This document shows positions 52,686-64,000 of a stretch of 64,000 bases of DNA, in pieces. The notes beneath the pieces are model-generated. The model was not told the origin of the DNA. It ran no database searches and saw nothing but the letters and a program-made list of their open reading frames with translations. Numbering within the stretch: the stretch's first letter is position 1; each line of letters starts with the position of its first letter. Source of the stretch: Zygnema circumcarinatum SAG 698-1b (lineage: Eukaryota; Plantae; Zygnematophyceae); the NCBI GenBank assembly GCA_037447605.1, contig CM074806.1:3658001-3722000 (forward strand), given 5' to 3'. The translations under genes were made by a program, and so were the position numbers.

Positions 52686-52971
52686 GGCGGCTCCAGGTTA
52701 AACAGAGATTCGGGTGAATTTCTACCCTTCCAAAAGCATGTGTGTGCGTGTTCGTCTGCCTTTTGAAAAGATAGTTGGTGGGCTATGTATGTAGGGGACA
52801 CCTATTCGATGTGAAATGAAAGTAGCACCACTTTGCTGGAGTTTTACGCTCGATACCCAACTCACGTACCACTTTTATCGGCGAACAACCGACTTTAGGT
52901 ATTCCTAGGCAATTTGAATTCGATTTCTACAGCGTAAGCAATTCAACAATTTGGTTTAACGACAAAAACCC

Positions 52972-53057
52972 CAGCTCGGCGCTCGCTTTGCTCGCCAGCT
53001 CGGCGCTCGCTTTGCTCGCCAGCTCGGCGCTCGCTTTGCTCGCCAGTTCGGCGCTCG
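52972..53057 (+). repeat. 24-bp minisatellite, ~3.6 copies
   Basis: (CAGCTCGGCGCTCGCTTTGCTCGC)x3 followed by a partial copy. Confidence 0.9.
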
Positions 53058-55258
53058 GTGAAACAAGCTACCGAGACGAAGGGAAGGCGAAGGTGGAGAG
53101 AAGAGATTCTCTGGTTTGTGATTGGCCCGTGAAGGCCATTTTAAGGCTAATGCCCAATGTGACACTGATTGCCTTTGCAGTGGTAGACATGTTAAAAACG
53201 TTCTTGGACAATTGGTCTATTTAGAGTTGTACTACTATTTTACTACCCGAGCTGAAGTGAACCTTAACTCGGCTGAACTGCTATTGAAACGACGGTCAAA
53301 TTCGCATCGGGACTGCTGTTAACGAGATGGGAGTGGTCAAATTCGCGACAGAGCGCAACAAAGCGATGAAGTTAGGTCTACAAGATATTTTAAACAGGAA
53401 TGAATCGTAGATGCAAATGGTAGTGCCAATGGATCATAGGTTGCAAGCAAAAAAGAGCCAACTGACAATTGATTGACAAAGTAGAATTGCCAACCTTGAT
53501 TTGTGGTGGTTGCATGCACCATGTTCCACTCTAGATGCACATCACAACATGCGCTCCTGAAACACAGCGCGACATTTCCCCTTGCAGGCGCAGAGATAAG
53601 CAGGTGCGCACAGTGCTTGGTCTTGCGACATGTCCCCACTTTCCACCTTCGCCATGTTCCCAACCTCATCATCGCATACCGAATGAACACCCGCCTAAGA
53701 CACAGTTCCAGACGCCACACTCCAACAAGCCGGAGACCTGGAGACCAGATCAAAACTTGGAACTCTAATGTTCGGACATCTCTTGAAATAAACAAATTGC
53801 ATATCGTTAGAACTTGTGAGAGCTTGGTTGAACACACGGTTAACCAGTGATAGAAACTTCCTGAAGGCGAAACCCTTACACTAGTCTGGTGAAACAATTG
53901 TCACAGAAATGCAAACAAGCGCAGACTCATCAGTAAGTGGCACGAGTACAGAACCACCACCTTATGTCTACGTAAGGGAAGAAACTGCTTCGATCTGTAC
54001 CACTCTCAGCTTTACCTTCCCTACACCAGCTCGGCCAAGGAAGAGAAGGAGAACTAGCCTAGAAAGATGTCCTAGAGGATTGCTTCCAAATTCACCCAAG
54101 AAAAATAAAGGAATACCTTCTGGCAGTACAAGGAATACTCCTCTGGAAAAGAGTACTCATTTCCCTTCACGTTTGAAAAGAGCGCAAGCAAGCAAAAAAC
54201 GATTTACAGCCATGCACTTTTGCCGCCTCGTGCAAACAAGAAACCATCACTCACGGAGTGCAACGAGCAGAAAAAAAATCAGCAAAGCAGTGAGATTACC
54301 ACAATGCCGATTTAACAGAAGCAGAGGGGCAGTCTGATGGAAGAGGGGCAGACAGAACGGCAGAGCATATACACTCAGCTTCCAACAGCTTCTACGTAAC
54401 GCCAGGCGTGAGAGACGCGTCTCCCTCCTGAGCTTCCACCCCCTCCTCCCTTCTCAGCTCCTGTCGAGACTGTTCCGCGGAACAGCTTCAAATCACGGCC
54501 CGGCCCCATCTCAGCACCATCAGAAGCAGCAGCATCACCAGCACAGCTATTCTCTGCCACGGCCCCCCTCGTCTACAGCTGTCACAGCCCAGCCGTTAAC
54601 ACGTGTCAGGAGTGCCAGAGTTAGCAACTAATCAAATTCTTCCACCAACTGGTTACGTGCATCAATTCAGGGTAAGAGCCGAGCTCGTTCAAGAAGCATG
54701 GAACAGGTTTGTCATGGAAAATCAGTGATTGTTGGTTCAGCGACAATTAGTGCTACAAGTTCGTAGATGCAATATGGCTCTATCTTCATCCAACTTCATA
54801 CACTGTCCATGGAACTCGACCTACCAGTACAGAATACTGTCAATAAACTGTCCTGCCCATGGTATTATAGGTCGTAAACTGAATGAAGATTTCTAGGACC
54901 GATTTCATCGTCAAAAATCCGAACCAAGGAGCATTTCATTGCATATCACTTCAGCATATAGCATCTGCCAACCCTGCAAGAAGGGAGAAGAACAGATACT
55001 AGTGCCATCGGCTGGCCATGTACCTGCCCCAAAGTGACCACCTGCCAGTTGATTACAAACCCCTGCCTTGCTTCAGCCCAGTGTGCATAACCCCGTAAGA
55101 GACACTTGTTGATCCATTGCCGTTGTTTGCAGGCAGTGCAAAACTTCCTGTTCAACACACCAATACACACACATCAAGAAGCTGAAAGATATCATTGTTG
55201 GAAAAGGTACAACTGAGAAAGCATATGTGTTGAGTGAGAAAACACACTCACAAGGGTC

Positions 55259-58200
55259 CTACTCATCTTCATGATGAGTTTCAGTCTCCGGCCGGTCTCC
55301 GGTCTTCTCCGGCCGGTCATCTTTTTGCCATTCTTTCTTGTCCACATCGTCATCGTCAAGCTTCCGACCTTCTGTGTCAATGACAGCCTCGGGCTCCTCA
55401 TGTCTACACATCCAGAATAACGAAAAATTGACAGGGTTAACAAAGACTAGACAGTATGCCGAATCCACTTTTCCAACCATGTCAATAGATACACGATTCA
55501 TGAAATCTGCATTGATGGACCACAAAGATTGAGGTCGCTTATATGAACTGACTATCTACACGAGAAAACCTTCCGCACGAGCAAATGAATAATGCCTACC
55601 AAGAATACACGTTTAGCAGACTAAAATAAATTGCCAGTCTAACATAAGGGTTCCATAGGCTCTCCACTTTATCCTCTGTTTATCCTCCTTCTCCAATCCT
55701 CCTCCCATCTGTACATAATGGTGCAAATCTCCTTCACTAGCTCTTTCTGAAGGGCCCAAATTCACTTTTCAGGACAGCAGCATGCATTCCCCGTCTGCTG
55801 AAACAGGACCACGGGGATCACACAGCAACCAACAAGTCTGTCTGGCCCTGCAAAATCGCCTTACAACACCAAACAAGATGAACACTGGGGCCTGATCAGA
55901 CACACCCATTTGGCTCGTCATCGTCTTGGTCTCTTCCCGTGGGAACCTCAGGAGAGAGGCTGCGGAGACACACCCAACAGACACTGCTGATTACCAACAA
56001 ATATAGCGCTATCAGAAGCTTCAGGAAGAGAACAAAAATCCAGCTGAAGCAGACCTGGCATACACGCGCCAAAAGCCAGGCGCCCTATAATGAATGTAAA
56101 GAATCGCAGCTCACACTTCGTAGGACCAGCCATATACAAATCTACATTTATAAATGTGATATAATACCTGCGTTCTTCACTGTTATCCCGTTTCCGGTTA
56201 AACTTAGATCCCTTCTGAGGCGAAGCTGACCTTGAACGGCTGCAACAAAAGAAAACAACATCAGCCATTACAGAAGCCTGCACCCTTTAAAAATCCTTAT
56301 TTGTCCTAATTCCTGATTAACATCTCAATTCCTCAATTGTACATGAAAAGCGAAATGAATCCAAGAATGAATAGATATATGACCTGCTCATTTGTCAACT
56401 CTTCATAAAGGGAACAATTTTAGGGGCTAGGGGTTGCTGAAGTACCTATGGAAACGTCAGTCATCCTCAGAACAATAAATTCCTGCTAACGGACTCTATC
56501 TTTTTTTGCTCAGATCAAAGAGCGGCCGATTGCCGCAGTGTCTAAGAATTACGATTCTTGCACAACAGCAAACGGGAAAACACAATGCTAATCTCTGCTC
56601 AAGGAAACTCACCTACTGTTGTCCTTGTGATGGATTGGGGATGGACTTCGTTGCCTAGTGCCCTCATCATCTTTAGCCGGACTCTTCGCCCTTTCAATAT
56701 GAGAGTCTCTGTTTTTGCCCCCATCACTGCCTTCACTGGGATCCCTGGAACGATTCCTGCTACGACTACGACTGCGACTGCGACTAGGGCTCAAGTCACG
56801 GCGATCTGGAGAGCCGTCCTTGCGCCTGCGATGGTCACCCTCAAAGTCACGGTCTCGGCCACGGTCGATTCCACGATCACGGTCATGTTCCCGATAAGAG
56901 TCGCGATCTCGATCACGATATTGGTCACGATCACGATTCCTGAAAGTTCATTACAAACAAGGGTCTGAATCAAGCCGTCACTCTAAGGACAGTACCGTTA
57001 AAGAAGTCAAAACTGCAGTGTCAAAAACTACTTACACATTGCACTATTGACAGAATATGAAGTTGTGGAACGAGGAATGAGCATACACTAGCACGAGTAT
57101 ATCTGTTGCTAGAAGATGACCAACTGTCAGGACAATCACGCACGTCCATGTGTGCAGTGCAGCATCCAAACACCCTGCTCAAGGAGTTTCATTGGCCTTT
57201 AGCCACGCTTATTCTCATGGGCTTGCTCCAGCAGGGATTGCATGCTTCTACTCCTCATAGCTCAACCACAAAAGCATTTTTTGCGATCCATGAGAAGCCA
57301 ATCACAAGTCCATGACAGAGTTCATGACAGTCCCAAACAGCCGAACAATCCCCCAAAACATGCAATAGATAACTGAATGCTCAGTGGAAAGTCAGAAGTC
57401 AGAGCATAAAATGCCAGAGACAAACACGCACAAAACGAGACCACAAACGTCCCTACCCCAGACTCCATCCAGAATCGTGCATATCTCACATTTAGTAGAC
57501 AGTGGATTGAGCTCTTTTAAGAAAAAACTAACCTAGGAGGTGTCGGACTCCTGTCCCTCCTCTTGGGAGCACTATCTCGAATCCTGCCCTTTTCACTGAA
57601 TCACAAGGCACAAAGGCATAAAAAGAATATTGTCTAACAAAGAAGGAGCAGAGACCAAAAGGACAAAAGGGAACAAAAATTGTGGCAAAAGGAACATAAG
57701 AGAAACTCGTCACATGGTTTTAGTTTCTGATGCTCACATGAACTCCTCATTCCGGCCATACTTCGCATACTTAACCATTATTTCGCGGCCATCAACGTTT
57801 CTGCCTGCAACGCACACAAGCGGCATCTCTATTACATCGAGAATAAACAGGTCAAAGCTAGACCATATGGACACACTCCAGAACACGTGATCTGAACGGA
57901 AAGGAATATCCAAATTTTCAAAGCCTGGTAATGCCACCTATATAGTTGACATCAGCAACAGCAAATGCCAATGGACTTGCATTCGGTTTAAACCCTTTGC
58001 ACAGGAGTCTCCCGCAGGGTGCAAAATGACAAACCATCTAGACGTTCAATTGCTTTGGCCGCCTCATCAGCATGCTTATAGCGGACAAATGCGAAGCCCC
58101 GCGATGTTCCAGTGCTGCGCCCACAGATGGAATGCCAAAGAATGTAAATTAAGGCATGATGTAAAAGCTGCAATTTGCAATATTTGTGACTCTTGCAATT

Positions 58201-58604
58201 TGGTGCAGAATGAAGACTGCAATATAAAAGAGGGATGCTGAACAGAAAAGTTAAGCTCATTGGTAATTGGCATACCGGCGGTCCCGTGGTATGAAAATAT
58301 CCTGCACTCGGCCATAACGGTCAAAAAGCGGCAGCAAGTCATCCGGAGTTGTTCCTGCACCATGCAGTTATCCAGAAACCACAAAATCAGCTCGGGAGAA
58401 TATCAGCCCCATCAGCCATTCCATTAAGCCTTGAATTGTCAGAGAAAAAGCTCCAAAAAACAGTCGTCGGCACTATGAGCAACACACTACTCTCAGAGTA
58501 AGCATGGTCGGATGCAAGTGATTCTCACTGTAAGTGATGTTCAGAACGAGCAGGGAGTAGGTGTCTTTGATGTCGGGAGGACCCGCCCTCCCGAAGTGCG
58601 TCAT
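55259..58604 (-). CDS. SC35: Serine/arginine-rich splicing factor SC35 with RRM, RS domain and acidic tail, ~9 exons
   Basis: MTHFGRAGPPDIKDTYSLLVLNITY|RTTPDDLLPLFDRYG..IFIPRDR|..SRGFAFVRY..|DGREIMVKYAKYG, then RD/RS repeats. The downstream exons join in phase. Confidence 0.9.
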
Positions 58605-59117
58605 GGCCTGCGCAGCGGCGGCAGCAGAAGGGCTTCGTGCGCACTGCGCCGCTGCCTGACGCGGGCCTGCAGATGAGAAACTGGCCCTCGCCTCTTTCCT
58701 CCTTCAGCCTTCCTACAACAGAAGCTATGGCTGCCTGCCTGCTGCTGCGTCTCCCTACGCCGTAGTGAATGATCAGCTTCACGGAAGGGCAAGCTTGCGG
58801 GCTTGCGACACTGGGCGGTAAATAGTTTCAGGAATGCAGTTAAATTAGTTTTTTGGAGGAAGCAAAAAGTGATGTAAATGAGACATAAAAATGCCTACAG
58901 TACAGTCACATTTTTTGAACATTAAGAACTAGGGAAAAAGTAACTATTTCGAAAATCTCAATAGTACTATTGATTCGAGTGTCGAATTCCAAATTCCAAA
59001 GTAGTGGAACAGGAGGAATGATCTAAGGGAAAAGATAAGGTGTGGCATTCATCTCACGAATACTAATAATAATAATGGAATGGGCCTAATTTGTTGGGCG
59101 TAGAAGCAAAGGTCAGC

Positions 59118-59445
59118 TTTTCCTTTGGTCCTGAGGTGCTTTGTGACCAGTCGGTTCGTCGTGGTTTCCCATGTTGTTGATGACCATGCACCATTCATGG
59201 CATAACCATCGTGAGACCAATGTCAGATCATTCGGTGTTCGTCATTTTGTTACTGAAATTATCGTCGTAGAGGCACATGCTCAAGTTGAACTTAGGGAAT
59301 TACAGTTGAGCCTTAGAACAACCACATTTAAATGGGGGAAATGGCATTGGTCTCACGATGGGGAAACCATCAAATGGACATCGACAAAGTCGGCATGGGG
59401 AACCACGAGGAACTGGTCGCGAAGGACCTAAAGCACGAAAAAAAT
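59118..59445. mobile_element. Inverted pair of the ~100-bp dispersed repeat (E 59118-59224 reverse, F 59334-59445 forward)
   Basis: Two family copies ~110 nt apart, in the middle of the SC35/NCA1 divergent promoter. Confidence 0.7.
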
Positions 59446-59612
59446 TCAAATCGTTCTATGCCATAGTTCAGACGCGTCCTGAATTACGACCAAAGTCAAA
59501 AGTAGGCGGAGTTGACGCTTTTGACGTGTTTTTCAGCAGGAGACATTGCTGTTGCTGCTGCTGCTCCCTCTCATCGTCTCCACCTGCGCCCTGATTTCAG
59601 TTCATCGCAGCT

Positions 59613-62600
59613 ATGAGCGGCTGTGCAGCTTCCGCCGCAGCGCCAGGCGCTCGAGAAGGCAAGTGGCCCCTCCCTCCTCAGCAGCCGCTACCCGCTCCAC
59701 CTTCGCATTCTTTCGCTGAAGTTGCAAAACCATTTCCGCATGCAGAGCAGCGGGGTGAGGCGTGCACTTCAAATAGTCCCGTTTCTACCTCGGGTTCCTC
59801 GGAGCCTAGGGTAGAGAAACGTCCTGAGAGTGGAGACGCCGCAGTGAAGAGTTCAGGGAATGCCCGGGAAGCTTCTAGAGCAGAAGCTGCTGGGAAAACT
59901 GCAGATGATCAGAGGGGCTCTAGTGAGGGAAGGACCGCCAATGGAGGCTCCTGTCCTTTTGGTTACGACTCTGCCTCCTTCAAGATCAGTCCCTTCAGCT
60001 GTGTCGTGTGCAAGGCTCTTCTATTCGACTCTTGTCGCTGTCTGCCATGTCGACATATATTCTGCAGGTAAATGGCGGGTGTGGAATTTATTGGACATGT
60101 ATCTGCTGCAGGGACAGAGTTTAGGTTTTTTTATTTAAGATAATCAAGTCAGACATGCGTCATGGAACTCGTGAGCCTTGACCTGTGCGTTTTGAGGAGG
60201 AAAAATGATGGCCTGAGGAAACCCCGTGGAAGGTTGGTTTTCCATTTTAGTCCAGCTACCTCTATGGAATGGGCCAAAATACTATATAGTCTTCATTGTA
60301 CTTGAACTTGCGGGGAGAAACGTGTTTTTTGTCCCACTTTTTTGCTATAACTGTCCAAACTTTCCTTCTATCGATGACGAAACGAGATGGTCCCATTTTC
60401 ATCCTGCTGGCTTTCTCTATTTTATCATTTGAATTTTTGTCCGGGCCATTATTTCTGCAAGGCTGCTTACGAGGTGCAGGGGTGTTTTCTTTTATGTTGT
60501 CTGGAATCCATTTTCTGACGTGTGTATCGAGCGTTCTATACCCGGTCTGTCTATACAGGGGCTGTATTGAGAAGTTCCGAGATTGTCCCCTATGTGGGGC
60601 GGACATTGAAAGTTTGGAGCCAGACTCCGAGCTTCAATCTAAAGTTGATCGCTTCATTCAGGGACATGGGCGAATCTATCGGTCTGCTAAGCCTCTCTCA
60701 GATAATGGAACTAACTCGGAGGCTGCCAAAGGACAGAATTTTAGTTCTGAGATAGAAGATGTATCGCTGGACAGGGGCAGCTTCTTGCTACAACAGGCTG
60801 TTCGGGTAAGTTATGACATCAGCAAGCCTCAAGGGTTCAATTGAATGACCGTATTCTTTATGCCACAATCACCTCCTTCAGTACCGACTGGTCGTGATTA
60901 TCTGGCTCAGAGTTTTGAAGTGGACAGTCTTTCCCGATGCCCAAGAAAGTGATGCTTTTGGTTCAACAATGTCATAGAAACATTCATGTTTGTAAAGAAT
61001 GACGGTGCATGGTTGGTAACTACTGGTAAGCGTCCAGACTGATTTTCGTATTCAGCTTCTATTATTCTAATATTTCGTTGGATTTTTTTCTGTCTTGCAC
61101 CTGGCACAGAGAAAACTGAAACCATAAGTGAAGCTAACCGAGATGTCAGCTTCTAGTTGTGTTTGCTGGATTTGGTGGGGTTCTTGTAACATTGAGTTTC
61201 TGTTTTAATGTTTCTCTGCAGGCGTTTCAGGCAGGCAATTTAGTTAGCGCAAAGAGTCGCCTTCAAACCTGTCTCAACGATGCCCGAGCTGAGCTAACAA
61301 GAATAGGTTCAAATTCCCAGGAGCTGGTGTGTCAGCTCGGTGCCATACTTGGTTTGCTCGGGGATTGCTGGTATGTTTTCTTTTCAAAAGTGCATCTTTC
61401 AGGTTTTAGGAACTCTGTCGAACCTCCTCCTCGGCCCTCACTCATGAGTGTTCTGGAGATTTTCAAGGATTATTGGAAGTTTAGAGTCGCATTGCACGAA
61501 ATTGTATTGTAGAATGCATGACTTCGGGATTGGGTCTTAGCTATAAGGGCTTTGCAGCATGAATAGTTGGATAGCACGACCCTTGCGTTGAATGCTATCA
61601 GCAAGCAGTGAATTGGATTGTTTTTTTGAAATTACAGACTCTGTGAGTTTTGGGTTGCAGTCGAGCAATGGGCGATAACGATGAGGCTGCCTCACAATAT
61701 TCAGAAAGCGCGGAGCTTCTTGAAGGTGTCGAGCAGAAAGATTTAGAGGTAAGGTGCTGTAATTGCTCTTCAATGCTGTCCAGCTTCACGACTCACCGCC
61801 GAAGAATTCGAGGAAATACTTTTACTGATTCATTTAGTCTACTATGACGCTCGTCTTCGAACTCTGTGACTGGGGGTATTGATAATACAGGATGATTGGA
61901 CTGCTGGACTGCCAGCGGTTCCCTTCATGTCGTTGTATTGAAGTTTGCCAGTTTTCTGATTATACGTTGTACCTCTTTGTTTTTGTTGTCTTGTGGGTGA
62001 TTCATTTGGATGCAAGCAGATTGTGCACGCCCTGTCGGTGTCTTTAAACAAGCAGGGAGATCTGCGGTATTACGCTGGCGATGTTACCGCTGCGCGCACA
62101 TTCTATATGAAGGCTCTCGAGATCCGGCAGGTGGCGCTTGGAAGTAGAAAACCAGAATTTAGTCCGTCCTTGGTGTGTCTTCCAACCTTTCACCAGCTGG
62201 TTAATCCTGACATACAAGTAGGCATACATTTCTTCAGTAAACTGAGTTTGAAAGCAGTCGTGGCGATATGTTGTCGTAACAAATATCGAAGAATGCAGTG
62301 TGGCTATGTCGCATGCGTTTGATGCATGGGTCCATCTAGTCCCCATCATCATCATCATCATCATGGTCCCCCTAGTGCTTAGTACCCCCATACAGTCCAT
62401 ACTACAAAACCAAAAGAGAAGATTCTATAGAGGGGAATGATTTCGTGCGTGGGATTGCACACTGTCTCCATTAAGGCTGCCTTGAACTGTATCTTCTTCT
62501 GCAGGTTCTGGACGTGGCGGTGGCCTTGGCAAAAGTGGCGGATGTTGAACGAAGCCTTGGAAATGAGGGGAAAGCAATAGACGGGTTCAATCAGGCCGCG

Positions 62601-62836
62601 GAAATGGCCAAATCGGCTGTTGCGTCGGATCCCGTGCTTGAGAGAAGGGTGAGTTCTGAGTTTTTGTTTAACATGCTGTGGCGTGAGCATTTTATAGCTA
62701 GAAACCTTCTTGGTGTAATGTAGCTCATAAAGGGGGCTGCATGCAGCTGCCATGCATGTACTCAGGGGCGTTCTGTTTCTTCCTGCAGAAACAAACCACG
62801 ATCGAGTTTATTTGTGAACAAACACAAGTCGTTTGA
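59613..62836 (+). CDS. NCA1: NO CATALASE ACTIVITY 1 (RING + TPR catalase chaperone), ~7 exons
   Basis: CPFGYD, CVVCKALLFDSCRCLPCRHIFC..CPLCGADIE, DVSLDRGSFLLQQAVR, QLGAILGLLGDC, LSVSLNKQGDL, LDVAVALAKVADV. Confidence 0.93.
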
Positions 62837-63509
62837 GGATTCTCTTTGGATGAATGGATTCCTCGCGGAACTCGCGGAGGCCTTTGAAATATTGTGGAAA
62901 TCTGTTCGAGTATCTAAGCAAGCTTGATATGGCTAACACTGCGCGAGTGATCTTTGTACGTCTTTTTGAAGGTTACTTTGGGATGGCGTGTGATCCTTTT
63001 CTAATCACATGTCGTATGATACTCCTGAACTCTCTGGGATATATGGGTCTCGTCGTGTGTTTTGTGATCCTATTTGAAATGGCATCCTCGTTTCAATAAC
63101 AATATCAAACACAGGCAGAAGTCAAAATCACCCCAAGCAATTCAGGTAGTGCACTCCAAGACATCGCATCCAAATACCTGCAAGCTTCACGTCCATGAGA
63201 CGATGATCAGATCAGATATCATCAAAGGCCTCCGGTTATGCTATTTGCGTCTTCCTATGGTGTGTTACTCGTAAGAATAACAGATAGGGACAGCAACCCC
63301 CTGGATCCTCCTACTTTTTGCAATTAACGGATAAACACTGCACTACATTTCACATTCAGTCCGTCTGTCTTTGAAGCCTTCAATTGGCTCGACAGTGGTG
63401 GATACCTTGTCGTCCTCTGTGGCTTCACTTGCTTTCACGGTGCAACTCATTACGTTTTGTTATATTGGCTTCAGATTGAGCCGAAAAACGCATAGACTGT
63501 TAGACTGTT

Positions 63510-63777
63510 AGGGCGAAAATGGTATTGAACTCACGATGGCGAGGCCGCCAGACTGTTAGACTGTTCGTTGGTAAGCGGTGAATGTAATCGGTTTGAGTTG
63601 GCCTTTTTTGCGCCTGCTTCTTGAGCATGTTGTTTGGGCTTGGCAGCAGAGTTCATCTCGTAACTTTACTTTCAGTCCTTAGGACCTTGATGACCGGTTC
63701 CTCGTGGTTCTCCGTGTTGTTGCTGTCCATGTACATTCATGGCATCGCCATCGCGAGACCAATGCCAATTCATTTCC
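63510..63777. mobile_element. Truncated forward (G 63510-63549) and full reverse (H 63664-63777) copies of the ~100-bp repeat
   Basis: G = GGGCGAAAATGGTATTGAACTCACGATGGCGAGGCC, flanked by (AGACTGTT)2 on both sides. H is a reverse-strand consensus match. Confidence 0.7.
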
Positions 63778-64000
63778 ATCTTGTTGAGATCCGTACAAAT
63801 TGGGGGATTTTTCCGCTTCCCCAGTTCCAACCGCACATCGCCACGTGGTTGCAAAGATCGACGTGGATACCACGTGGGCACTTACTGCCACGCTGGCCCC
63901 CCGTGGTAACCGCCGCTCGAAGTGGCGCGAGTGGCTCCGGCGCAAGTATGGCAACCGGGGCGGCCGCTCGAAAATCTGCTACGTGGCGAGCACTGAATGG

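Noticed and set aside
36570-63777. Recurring peptides (HGEPRGTG..GP or MALxSRW.GHQM..NHEELV.KDL) from the ~100-bp repeat as a small-protein family
   Set aside because: Copies E and H have 1-nt indels relative to the others and substitutions show no codon bias; the conservation is at DNA level.

Overview
Eukaryotic nuclear DNA from a green-plant lineage, probably a streptophyte alga such as Closterium (my inference from land-plant-like orthologues, short GT-AG introns and purine/pyrimidine-rich intron tracts). It is a draft scaffold with several 10-N placeholder gaps. Most raw ORFs are spurious because the genes are spliced. I could reconstruct these intron-containing genes: NEDD8-specific protease (-), a PAN/apple-like protein (+), plastid RPL6 (-), PEX16 (+), two inverted paralogues of a secreted Ole e 1-like plus GDPH/Root-cap protein, a 72-aa PIGBOS1-like microprotein (+), a glucose/ribitol-dehydrogenase-type SDR (-), DGAT1 (+), an NHR2-like protein (-), a HEN2/MTR4 helicase (+), SC35 (-) and NCA1 (+). 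Intergenic DNA is full of non-autonomous inverted-repeat elements. The most interesting signals are: (i) a ~100-bp dispersed family with 8 copies, a conserved hairpin and mostly inverted pairing, one pair of which brackets a whole duplicated gene; (ii) patchwork identity between the two inverted paralogues; (iii) the Ole e 1-GDPH domain fusion; (iv) the microprotein; (v) a 936-bp foldback element with a perfect 8-bp target-site duplication. I found no CRISPR array, tRNA or rRNA, and cannot claim a proven new system from sequence alone.
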